The notes under the pieces are model-generated. The model was not told the origin of the DNA. It did not search any database and worked only from the letters and a program-made list of their open reading frames with translations. A DNA stretch of 64,000 nucleotides from the human T2T-CHM13v2.0 reference genome, Homo sapiens. The stretch lies in assembly GCF_009914755.1 (NCBI RefSeq), contig NC_060928.1, one strand, 5' to 3'. This document shows, one piece after another, positions 42,941-58,165 of this stretch (its first letter is position 1; each line of letters begins with the position of its first letter). Both the position numbers and the translations under genes were made by a program.

Positions 42941-45597
42941 GCTTTACCTGATGCTAATTGAAATGACCATTTCTCATTCTCCGAATTCTTGCTAGTTCAC
43001 TACCTGTTTAGAGCATATAAATCAAAACAGGGAAGACCTGTTTGGATGCTTATGAGGGGAGGATGGAGGAAAAGATGGGATTATGATTAAAGGGAGAGGA
43101 GGAAGAGAGGGGATTACTATTAGAGGAAACACAGGAAGCTTTGTAGCAGCACTGTCGCAGGCACACTATATTTCTCCAACAGGGACTCCAGAAACAGTGC
43201 TCCAGTGACATTAGTTTTTTCTGAGGTGCTCTGAAGGCCTTACTTTCCAAATAAGCTCATATATCCATTTTCTCTTATAGACTGGTGATAAATAACAGTA
43301 TTTCTATTTAGGTGGCTAATAGTGATGCAGAAAATAAAGTCAAGTGCAAAAGTTGCCCCTTTGGGACATTACATGGAAATGTGTAGTGCTTCTCCTGATA
43401 TTGCCAATTGAAGACCCCTCTGAGCAGGTTTCCGAGGTCTCCCCATCAACCCTTGGGTCACGCAGACAGGGAGATTGCCAGTGAAGTGGCAAATTGCCCA
43501 ACCTCTCAGCAGTGTGTACAGATCCTGAAGAGTGCAGCCCGGAGTGTCCTGACTGACCTGGGAGGGAAATGAGTAATGTGATTTGAATTGGCAAAAAAAC
43601 ATGATTTTCACTTTTAAAGCGATCTTTTATTCTTGAGCTGAAGCCAGTTGAAATGCCCCGAGCCTGGGCCTTTTTATTCAGACAAGAACAATGAGATCAA
43701 TTTCAGCAGAAAATGAGGGAGCAGGAGAGAGATGGCAGCTGAGGTAATCGGCTGTAAAGGACAAAGTTTGAAATTAAATATTATGGCTTAAATAGTCCTT
43801 TAATTCAAGCCTCCCTTCTTTCCCTTCTCCAATCTTGCATCAGAGAAATAAAACAAAAAGCTCCTTACTGCAAAATGGAAGACAATCTTTTTCTAATAGA
43901 AGAAAATTCTCTCTGCAACATAAATTTGAACTATAGCGATTTGATTTCTATGGAGATAAAGAGGCAGAGGAGTTAGTGCTGTTTGGAAGGGAATGTAAAT
44001 GTGGTGTTAAGGAGCAAGGAAGAAAACTTCACGTATGCTGGCTTATTAGAATTTGCTGTATTTTATCCTGTTTTCGTTGAGCAGCAGAAGGGATGCAGGA
44101 AGCTTTTTATTTAATTTTTAGGGCAATTAGGGAGAGGAAATCCAGGCTGAGTGACTTTAGACTGCTCATTACCTTCTGGCGGGCAGAAGGAGAGTGCATA
44201 TTTTAAATGTTAAGATCAGATTATTTATAAGTTTCTCTTTGAGATTCAAGGGCATGGAAGGAACGATAAGTCGATTAACAGAGAAAACAGCCTTATATAC
44301 ACAGCTGGTTTAATCTTTGTAATAGGTCACAGACTGAAGAGCAGCATTTCAGTCTCTTCCTGGAAATGACAGATTCTAGGGAACTACTAAGATTTTAAAA
44401 AAGAAAACTTTTAGACAATCCCCCACCCCGACTCCAAATCTCTTAAGGAATCTTGTGGTGGGGGATAGGCATTCCTAGGTCTTGTTTCGCTGTGCTGTCA
44501 TGACAATTTTCATTCCACACCTTCCGTGGAATGAATTACTGACTCCTCTAGAAGTAAGTGAAAGCCTCTGAATTTGGTCATTTCACTGTTATATGTAACA
44601 AGGTGTCTTGGGTTGTTTTGTAAAATGAATGCATCTAGCTATAAGAGAATTCATGGTCATTTCATTTTCTGGCAATAACGGCTGACTACCTCCTTGATCA
44701 GATGACACAGGCTAACCTGAATGTTCTAAAAAAATTTTGCTGACACTCTTTCCCTGAGAGCTTGTATGGTTTTCTTTGTGGGGTTGTCTGAAGGTCTCTA
44801 TTCTTCAAAGTTCTTTTCGGGAAAAGTAATAAAACTACCTAGTTGAAGCAGTGAAGGCACTTTGGAGTATCCCCTGGGTGCTGAAAAGAGCAGGTCAACG
44901 TCACCCTGAGGAGGACAGGAGCCAGGACCCTCAGGAGCTTGGCAGTGGGAGTGGGCTGCCCTTCTCTCTGAGTGCTGTCCTTAATGTGACTTTGTCTCTG
45001 ATTTCAGGTCCCGGTGTTTAATTCCTGATACCAATTCCTGGGAGAGAAAATTGGGTTCCTCCAGCTTCGATTAGGTGTTCTCTTGAGGACCTATGAGCAG
45101 TGGGCGGGGTCGGGGGAGAATCACATGGCTGCCCAGTGCTCCCAGGTGTACAGAAATTCCTAGCAGGGTGGAAGCCTGGTGACAGGGGAACCCCTTAAGA
45201 GTTGTCTGTTGTACTCAGCTAATCTTTGTGTGCAGGAAAAACAATTTGCTATTTGAAATCACAGCAGCCTGTAGCCACTTCTGAATCCTAAGGAAGTCTC
45301 AGAATTCCTCTTTGGAATAGATGAGTTTTTTGACTGTGAATGAAAGATAAACACCAGGGAAAGACTTGGAAAGTGTAGGAATGAGAAAAAAAAATCTAAA
45401 CTGACTTTATCAATAAAACAAGAATTTGGAGGTTGCCGGGGACTGGACTGGGTAAAGAAGCTCAGCTGTAGCGAGAAAGCCAAGAATGTACATGGCGAGT
45501 GCAGTGAGCTGAGGAAGTGGGCATAGTGAGGGGTATTTACAGTACGAGCATCTTTAAAAACATTCAAACTCTTTTTTTTTTCAATGTTAAAACGGGA

Positions 45598-46165
45598 ACC
45601 ACTCAGACTGTGTCCTCTCCCTCTTACTTTGCCGGAGGAAGAGAAAAACAATCCTCAATGCCAAATGGCACCTGCAGCGAAGCAACACTAAGAGCTGGCC
45701 TGGCTCTCAGGGGAGAACCCTGTGCCTCCTCCTCGCTCCTCCTCCTGGTTTCCGGTGCTCTTCAGCAGTCCCCAACCTTTTTGGCACCAGGGACTATTTT
45801 TGTGGAAGACAATTTTTCTACAGGTTGGGTTGGGGGGCTGGTTTCAGGATGAAACTGTTCCACCTCAGATCATGAGGCATTCGATTCTCATAAGGAACGT
45901 GCAACCTAGATCCCTGGCATGCACCATTCACAATACACTTCACGCCCTTCTGAGAATCTAATGGTACAGCTGATCTGACAGGAGGCAGAGCTCAGGCGGT
46001 AATGCTGGCTCACCTGCTGTTCACCTCGTGCTGTGTGGCCCGATTCCTAACAAGCCACGGACCTGTACTGGTCAGCTGCCCAGGGACTGGGGACTGCTGC
46101 TCTACACTTTCAGAGAAACTTCTCTAGGGATGGACTATAGAAATGATCCCTGAAAGTAGAGTCTT
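45598..46165 (-). pseudogene. U3 snoRNA (SNORD3-family) full-length retropseudogene interrupted by MER1B
   Basis: Minus strand reads aagactctactttcagggatcatttctatag...ctagagaagtttctctgaaagtgtagag, then MER1B, then gagcaccggaaacc...agagggagaggacacagtctgagtggt. This matches the U3 5' and 3' ends. Box C reads tgagga and box B is degenerate. Confidence 0.92.
45763..46099 (+). mobile_element. MER1B (hAT-Charlie)
   Basis: cagcagtccccaacctttttggcaccagggac...ggggactgctg, 337 bp. Confidence 0.93.
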
Positions 46166-47084
46166 GGTATAGGCATCTTATATCCAGTTTTTAATTTAGC
46201 CTCCTGGACACTGCAACATAGTCCTGTCCCTTCCCACAATGTAGTAAAAGTCTGACCTATACCCAGTCTTCAGTTTGTTGGTATTTCATGTAGGGAAGGA
46301 AGTGGTGGTTGGACTCATGTGAAGTACACAACGAAAGGATCTCTCAACCCAGCTAATGGAGATCAAAATAACTTGAAGCCAGAACCAAGTAAGAGTATAT
46401 AATATTTGTAAATAGAAGTGCTCTTCTCCCTCCTTCTAAAGAATTTCAAGTGAAATTGAGAGGGCAGAAAATTTTCTCTGGGAGTAGGGAAGGGAATGGT
46501 GTAGGAGTTTAGACTACACTTGTTTGAATTTTAAAAGAGAGGCAACTCCAGCTGAGTTTTGGGATAGAAGAATAAGAACCATATATATGTTGAAACAGTA
46601 TTAAATGTGGTAACATGGAGAAATTTTTAGATTGTCCTTTAAAGGTTTCACCTTGAACCTAAAGTCATTGTAGCTGCAGTGGCATGCACCCTGTATGTAT
46701 CATCAGAATGGGGCCGGGAGCTGGTAAAGCTTAAAAATGTGCACTTGTACCAGGAAAATGGTTCATTGTGAAAAATCTCAGCTCTTGGATTTCTAGAATT
46801 GCTCTGTTTCTACACTGCCACTGTCTTGGCAGCAGGAGGGACAGAGGTGGGATTCTCACTGGTCCTTGGGCTGCCATCCTTATATGTCTGATATAAACTC
46901 AGAGAAGAAGCAAAATAGCCCTGTAGAAAATTGAAGTTAGTAAGTGGTCTGAAAAAAATGTGTCTCGTCAGCTTTCAATTTTTCATTCTAAGGAAGACAT
47001 TGATGAAATTCTAGGTGCCATTTCTGAAGTGCCAAGAGGACCAGGGTAGTTCCTCCAGGGTAATGAGCTCTTTTTATTGATGTC

Positions 47085-47300
47085 TTCATTTATTCACTCA
47101 TTCTTTTATCGGGGTATATTTAATACATAAAATGCTTTAGAAAGATGCTGGGTACTGAGTGCATAAAAAGGCAGACATTTAAATAAGGTATTAAAATATT
47201 GAGGTAAATGCCAGTAGAAGGCTGTATAAAGTGCTCAAGGGAATGCCAAGAACAGTCAAATAAAATAGTTATGCCTAAAATTGGGGACAGAATGAGATGG
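47085..47300 (-). mobile_element. L2 fragment
   Basis: ttcatttattcactcattc...gatgctgggtact. Confidence 0.5.
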
Positions 47301-47976
47301 GAGAGAAGAAGATAATTTTGCCTATACTACACCCCACCTTTCTTTCTTACAACTCAGAAAATGTGTCTGTTTCTTACTGCTTCCAGGCCCTTCCATCATT
47401 CCCTTTAAGACACTTTTTGTTACAAGAATTTCATTGTAGATGGTAGTTTATTGTTTTGTAATTCTTTTTTAGTATTAGGCTTTAGTGAACTGGCCTCAGG
47501 GCCCTGATCACTAGCCATAGCATTGCCTCTATAGAGTTTTGAGTTTCAAATGAAACTTTGAAATAGAATTTGCTTTAAGTTGGAATTGTCTGTATGAAAA
47601 CATTTTAAGTATGAATTCCTAGCCGCTAGGATAAATTTCAAGAACAGGCCTATAGAAACAAGTGTAACTGTAGTTATAAAAATAATACTGTTTCTACCAC
47701 TAACTCAAAAAGCTCACAATACCAAATTCAGGCTATCTTACTACTGCTTTAATTCTCTGTATGTACCTTACGCTAGAGAAATTCAACATTGTTGAGTGAT
47801 TCATTAAACACTGATTTCAAAGTCTACTCCTTTTCCCTCTGAACTGGCGAACTTTTGTTTGGGCGTAATCACGAGTCTGTTGTTTTTTTGATGCACATCT
47901 CAAATGCAAACAGTAAATTCTACATTGTGGTTTTAGGCTAGTTTTGTAGCAAGAAAGTAGTCTGACTCAAGCTACT

Positions 47977-48220
47977 TGTGGTGGATACTGGGATGTGCCA
48001 CACACATCCCCCGTGTTGGACTGAGAGTCATGTTCCCCTAGCTGCTGGGAGTGTTGGCTGCCCATGATTCAAGCTGAGTCCCTCCACAGGAACTGCCCTC
48101 AGCAGAAGGGAGCTGCATCATTCAAGATTGCATCTCCTCCCTTTATCTCTTAGCTGTTTGATATGGAGGTAAAAATATCTGGCTACTTTGCCTCTATCCA
48201 GGACAACTCTGAGGGGATAT
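47977..48220 (+). mobile_element. LTR16A-like ERVL LTR (partial)
   Basis: tgtggtggatactg...ccctagctgctgggagtgttggctg...ggacaactctgagggg. Confidence 0.75.
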
Positions 48221-48224
48221 CTGT

Positions 48225-50060
<1,836 letters not shown>

Positions 50061-50062
50061 TC

Positions 50063-51175
<1,113 letters not shown>

Positions 51176-52286
51176 GGGATTTTGACTGTGTTCCAAATAC
51201 TGTCTGTTTTGTAGATTCTTCCTTTATCTCCTTATTCCTTGTGTCACCAGTTTCCTATTCAAAGTCTAAGCTAATGGGTCTGTTTGATAAAGCCCAGGCT
51301 TCATTGACCTACCTACCAGGGAAGCTGGGGAAGTACTTAAATCTTTACTTTCTTGAGTAGGATTCTGAGTTTTCTAAGACCTAAAAGATTGAGAATTTCC
51401 CCACACAGGGGTGGGATTTAGATATTGGTCAGTCAAAAGAATGAGAAATGTTCCTTATAGTCATCTTTTGAGGTTAAAAATGCATTTTCTTATATGTATG
51501 TATCTTTGATGTGTACTATCTTTATACTCATACCTTGTAATTATTTTTATTTAATTTATTTTTCAGCTTATTTTAAGTTCGGGGGTACACGTGCAGGATG
51601 TGTGGGTTTGTTACCCAAATACTGTCTGTTAGGTAAACGTGTGTCATGGTGATTTGCTGCACGGATCAACCTATCACCTAGGTATTAAGCCCAGCATCCA
51701 TTAGCTATTCTTCTTGATGCTCTTCCTCCCTCTGCCATTCCTGACAGGCCCCAGTGTGTGTTGTTACCCCAATGTGTCCATGTGTTCTTATCATTCAGCT
51801 CCCACTTATAAGTGAGAACATGTGGTGTTTTGTTTTCTGTTCCTGCATTAGTTTGCTGGGATTAATGGCTTCTAGCTTCATCCATGTCCCTGAAAAGGAC
51901 ATGATCTCATTCCTTTTTATGACTGCATAGTATTCCATGGTGTATATGTGCCACATTTTCTTTATCCAGTCTGTCACTGATGGGCATTTGGATTGGTTCC
52001 ATGTCTTTGCTATTGTGAATAGTGCTGCAGTGAACATACACGTGCATGTATTTTTATAACACAATGATTTATATTCCTTTGGGTATATAGCTGGTAATGA
52101 GATTGCTGGGTCAAATGGTATTTCTGCTTCTAGATTTTTGAGGAATCGCACACTGTCTTCCACAATGGTTGAACTAATTTACGCTCTCACCAACCATGTA
52201 AAAGCATTCCTTTTTTTGTACAACCTTGCCAGCATCTGTGGTTTCTTGACTTTTTAAGAATAGCCATTCTGACTGGTGTGAGACGG

Positions 52287-52800
52287 TGTATTAGTCAGGG
52301 TTCTCTAGAGGGACAGGACTAATAGGATAGATGTATATATGAAAGGGGATTTATTAAGGAGTACTGACTAATGCTATCACAAGGTGAAGTCCCACAATAG
52401 GCTGTCTGCAAGCTGAAGAGCAAGAAAGCCAGTCTGAGCCCCAAAACCTCAAAAGTAGGGAAGCCAGCAGTATAGCCTTCAGTCTCTGGTGTAAGTCCAA
52501 GAGTCCAAAATCTGAAGAAACGGAGTCCAATGTTTGAGGGCAGGAAGCATTCATCATGGGAGAAAGATGAAGGCTGGAGGACTCAGCCAGCCTGGTCCTT
52601 CCACGTTCCTCTACCTGTTTTATCCTAGCCACTCCAGCAGCTGATTAGATGGTATCCACCCAGACTGAGGGTGGGTCTGCCTCTCCCAGTCTACTGACTC
52701 AATTGTTAATCTCCTTTGGCAACACCCTTACAGACACACCCAGGAACAATATTTTCCATCCTTCAATCAATTAAGTTGACACTCAATATTAACTATCAGA
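52287..52800 (-). mobile_element. MLT2A (HERV-L) solo LTR
   Basis: tgtattagtcagggttctctagagggacag...aagttgacactcaatattaac. TSD ga(c/t)gg. Confidence 0.92.
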
Positions 52801-52926
52801 GATGGTTTCTCATTGTGGTTTTGAGTTGCATTTCTCTAATGATCAGTGATGTTTAGCTTTTTTTCATGTTTGTTGGCTGCATGAATGTCTTCTTTTGAGA
52901 AGTGTCTGTTCATTTTCTTTGCCCAC

Positions 52927-53225
<299 letters not shown>

Positions 53226-54160
53226 TGCCCACTTTTTAATGTTTTTTTTTTTTTTTCCTTTTAAATTTGTTTAAGTTTCTTGTAGACTCTGGATATTAGA
53301 CCTTTGTCAGATGGGAAGATTGCAAAATTTTTCTCCCATTCTGTAGGTTGTCTGTTCACTTTGATGATAGTTTCTTTTGCTGTGTAGAAATTCTTTAGTT
53401 TAATTAGATCCCATTTGTCAATTTTTGCTTTTGTTGCAGTTGCTTTTGATGTTTTTGTCGTTTATTTTATTTTAAATTCAAAGAGATGAAACTCAGAACA
53501 AAGTGCCACAGTCAAGCAAAAAAAAAAAAAAAAAAGGATTAACTGGAAATGTATGTACTTCTGAATTAAATTAAAAAACTAATATTTGTGTTTAGTGTCT
53601 TTCTCCAAGAAGCTCTAACTAGTCAGAGTGCAGGGGAAGATTTTGGGATTTTGTCAGTATGTACTCACTTGGGGATCAATTTTGAGATACCATTTACAGC
53701 TCAATACCCAACATTGCTATTTCTTGCATGACATATGATTGACCTTTGGGAAGAGAAGTCTGATCTTACATTTTAGATTAAGGGCAGTTGTATGTATTGC
53801 CTAATGCTCATCAAGCATTAAATTAGAGGTAGACTCAATTTCTCAATGTTCTATTAGTGGGAGATTGAAAATTCAACTTTCTGAGGAGTTTCTACTAAAA
53901 AAAAACTTTTGGATGTTTAGGAGTCAGATAAAACCAGTGCGACCTTTTTCATTCATTGCTATATTTCCAAACTTTGATGGGGAAATACAGATTCCAGATT
54001 GTTTAATTATAAAAGACCTTTGATTTATACATTTTATACTTTTTATTATACTTTTTGGAATATACTTCCTTGATTTTCCTGGTATTTTTGACAAATGAAA
54101 CATGCTTTCTTGAATATAAGGACAGAAAATATTTTCTCTGCAACATCACAGGAGGCTTTT

Positions 54161-54679
54161 TTTTTCCATTTTAAAAATTGTGATAAAATACACATAACAT
54201 AAAAATTACCATCGTAAGCATTTTTAAGTGTAAAGTTCAGGGGTATTAAGTACATTTACATTGTTGTACAGCTATCACAACATCCATCTTCAGAACTCTT
54301 TTCATCTTGCAAAATTGAAACTTTCTACCCATGAAACAATAACCTGCAATTTCCTCTTCCTCCAGCCTCTGGCAACACACATTCTACTTTTCATCTTTAT
54401 GATTTTGGACTATTTAAGTACCTCCTATCTGTGAAATCATATATTGTGTCTTTTCAACTGGCTTATTTCACTTGGCATAATGTCCTCAAGGGTTCATCCA
54501 TGTTGTCACATATGTCAGAATTTCCTTCCTTTTTAAGGCTGACTAATATTCCATTGTATGTAGATACTACATTTTGCGTATCCATTCATCTGTTGATGGC
54601 CATTTGGATTGCTTTCACATTTCAGCTATTGTGAATAATGCTGCTATGAACATGGGTATACAAATAGCTCTTTGAGAAA
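54161..54679 (-). mobile_element. L1MB 3' end
   Basis: aaaatacacataacataaaa...cagaactcttttcatcttgcaaaa. TSD acagg(ag/ca)gctttt. Confidence 0.88.
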
Positions 54680-54775
54680 CAGGCAGCTTTTGCTTCATTA
54701 CTTTAGGTTGATTGCTTGGAAATAGCTGCTACTGGAACAACACTTGTAATTTACAAAATAACCAAGAAAGCTGAT

Positions 54776-55285
54776 TATATTAGCTAGGGTTTCAGTAGAA
54801 AGCAAAATTCAACTCAAGTGATGCAAGATATTTTGATCAAGAGAATAATACACAGGTATGTGTTTTAGGGTGTACTGGGGGTTAAGGAAATTAATAAGGA
54901 GTGTTGAGATACCCAGACATTAGCAACAGCAGGAAGCAGTTAGCATCTTTAGTTGTCAGTGGGCAAGGGGAGGAAATAGTGTTAACAGAACCTACTGAGA
55001 GCTGCAGCTACAGAGAAGGAACCATGGACAGTAGCTGAACCCATGAAAAGATGCAGCTACTGCCATAAAACTGGCCCAGAGTGGGCAGGCATGGGAACAA
55101 AATACCGCAACCTCTTTTTCCTCCTGCCCTCCAATCTTTTGCTAATAAATCCCATTGGTTGAGTCTAATCAGAAGCCAGCTAGCAAGAGCTAGCTGTCCA
55201 GGGTGACATATTGGTCAGTCCTATATTGATCAGTCTCATGGGAAGGAGGAAGGTGGAAAAGGACAAAAGAATGGATGAGGAAGGG
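54776..55285 (-). mobile_element. Old ERVL-type LTR (family uncertain)
   Basis: tattagctagggtt start; cccattggttgagtctaatcagaagccag. Confidence 0.55.
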
Positions 55286-56760
55286 TTCTTCCATAGATAA
55301 ACATTTTCAACTTTCAGAATTTGTGCTTAGGGATAGCTGGCTTGTTCTTCTCTTACAACTGAAAAAGTTTTATTCAATCTTTTTTTCTCTCTGCTGAGAC
55401 ACAAGGAAATGAGGCACACATTATTTATGAGCTTACTTTGTTTTTCATGGCAATGTGCCTTTAGAGACTGAATCACTGAATCAGAAAGTAGAATGACCAG
55501 AAATGGATCATTTCATACTGTGTACTAAAAGACACAAGCATTTAAAATTTGCTTATATCAAGCCCACTCCCAAGAAAGAATAGGAGGCTGTAGTCACAGC
55601 TCCTGTGCCTGGCCAGTGTTCATGCATGGGTGAGGAGAAATGCTGACTGAAGAAACTGAGCTGAAACCAAAGAGAATCTGTCAAAGTGATGAAAAATGAA
55701 CTGTATAGGCTTCAGACACACTGCATGACCAGATGGGTAAATTAGGAATTGTTTGAAGAAGCTTCTGTAAGGGAGATGTGACTGAAGACAATTATTTTAT
55801 GATGTGCAAAATGCAAAAGGTGGTGTATATATGTGTGTGTCTGGGGGAAGAGTGAAAAGCAAATGGGGATTAGTAATACTGAAGGCAACACAAAAACAGA
55901 GTGTAAGAATACTAACAGTTTCCCATTATTTAGGGGGATTGTGACACTCTTTAAAAACAAATGGTGAGAGAATTTCTATATTCATAGAACTTTTACCACT
56001 TTTTTTTTTTTTTTTTTTTTTTTTACTGTTTCTTTCATTGCGTAGAACTTCCATCAATATCTCATCAATTCCCCAATTCTCCAGAAAGGCAATGGCAGAG
56101 TATAGGCAATTACAGGGCTGCATTTGCACATAACAGAGTCAGAGATAGACTCAGATTCTGATCCAAATTTATATTTCAACAAAACTTCCTGCTTCTGAGT
56201 TCATTGCTGAATAAGTAGATCTTGCTGCCTTTCATTGCATTATACTACATCTGCCCTTTTGATGTAAACACACATGTCTATCATATCTTTCCAATGCAAT
56301 TTGCAATGAGTGACCCCATTTCAAAGCAATATTTGTTTAGCAAAGACAGTTTGCCTTGGCAAAGTTTTCTAAATAATTCATAGATGATTTCTACTGAGAA
56401 AGAAATATTGGTCTCAGTGCATAAAAAGTAAGTAGCCAATGTCTATCTTAAACTAGACAAAAAGAGTATTCATTAAGGGTTGCAGTCTCTAATCAAAATT
56501 TGGAAATAAATTAGTGCAATTCTCAAAATGCCATTAGCTGTCACATAAGGTGACAAATAATTTAAAAAGGCTTTCCTAATGGGAATTCTTTTACAACTTG
56601 GAATTCTAAGCCTACTGGTGATGGGGTATTGAGAATTTGGGACCATCTATACTTATACGTTCAATGAACATTATAGCAATATGTAAACCTGTCTTTCAGC
56701 TAATATGCTATCAAATTACCCCTGGGTATTTACGAATTTAAAATAAAAATAAAAAGTGAA

Positions 56761-57064
56761 GTCCGGATGTGGTGGCTCACACCAGTAATCCCAGCAATTT
56801 TGGGGGCCGAGGCAGGTGGATCACCTGAGGTCATGAGTTTGAGACCAGCCTGACCAACATGGTGAAACCCTGTCTCTACTAAAAATACAAAAATTAGCCA
56901 GGCCTGGTTGTGTGCACCTGTAATCCCAGCTACTCAGGAGGCTGAGGCAGGAGAATCACTTGAACCCAGAAGGCAGAGGTTGCAGTGAGCCAAGATCACA
57001 ACACAGCACTCCAGCCTGGGCAACAGAGCGAATATCTGTCTCAAAAAAAAAAAAAAAAAAAAAA
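56761..57064 (+). mobile_element. AluS
   Basis: Full Alu with long poly(A). TSD aaaaagt(g/a)aa. Confidence 0.95.
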
Positions 57065-57574
57065 GTAAATGAGAAAGATGCAAGAAATGCTGGAAATCAG
57101 GAGTTGCTAGTTGACCTCGGCCACCAGCAAACCGTGTGGCTCTTCAGAACTGTTCTGATTTCAAAAATTTTGTCATGTAATTCTGTGACAAAAATTAAAC
57201 GGAATTTTAGCTCCCAACATTTGTCTTAATGAAATTGGTTATTTGATGTCCCTAAGTAAACTAATAACTAACTTAGAACTCTTTATTTACCAGGACTTTG
57301 AAAAAACTGATTGTAGAAAAAAGTCAATCCCCAAACAAATCAAATTTTATGTGAATATTATGCATTTTATGGATATCCCCTAATGTGAATACATTTAGTC
57401 CTCTCATCCACTTGAAGTTCTCAAAAACTTCATGCTGTCTTTGCTTTTGGGCCTTCAGTTATGCTTTTTGCTCTCCCTATTTCCTATCTTTACCTGGATA
57501 AATCATACTCATCCTGAATCCCTTCCAAAACTGGATTGACCATGAATGAACCCTCATAATATGTAGGTAGCATA

Positions 57575-57875
57575 TCTTTGTCAAGATAGGCTAGTTTTCT
57601 ATTAGTAATAAATAATCACAAATTCTCAGTAGATTTAACGTAACAAATCTTTAATTTCAGCCTGTTCTACATATCCAGTGTTGGTTTGCTGGAGGTTTCT
57701 GCTCATTGTAGTTACTCAGGAACCCTGGCAATGGCAGCTTTACTTGAGATACACTTCCATGATCACCTCGGTGGTGAATTGTGTCCTGACTCCTAAAGTA
57801 TTCATTGTAAATTACACATCACTGCTATTCATGTATCATTGGCCAGAGAAAGTCATGTGGCCAATCTCCTTAACT
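57575..57875 (-). mobile_element. Old MLT1 (I/L-like) LTR
   Basis: gtcaagataggctag...cattggccagagaaagtcatgtggcc. Confidence 0.65.
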
Positions 57876-57907
57876 TTAATATTTGTCGAGCAGCACTGGT
57901 GACTCCA

Positions 57908-58165
57908 AAATAGCACAGTGGTAAAGAGCAGCACTTTGGCATTCAATAAATTGAGCTCAAATTCTGTCTCTCACCCTTGCTGGATGTAACTTCCGGGAAG
58001 TTATTTAATCTTTCTTTTGTCTATTTCTCAGCTGTAAAATGGTTCTTATAATAGTATATACTTATTAGGTTTTGAAAGTTAAACCTGTTAATACAGGCAA
58101 AACACTGTATTAACAAAATATTATACAGTGCTTGACATTACATTGAATCAATATTAGCTATCATT
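57908..58165 (+). mobile_element. MIR
   Basis: tagcacagtggtaaagagca...gttatttaatc...ctgtaaaatgg. Confidence 0.75.

Noticed and set aside
46166-46260. Possible snRNA-type proximal sequence element upstream of the U3 copy
   Set aside because: No convincing match. The decayed TSD and mutated boxes favour a retrocopy.
55985-56050. Long T-run with tagaactt on both sides
   Set aside because: The duplication is short and offset; a retro-insertion cannot be supported.
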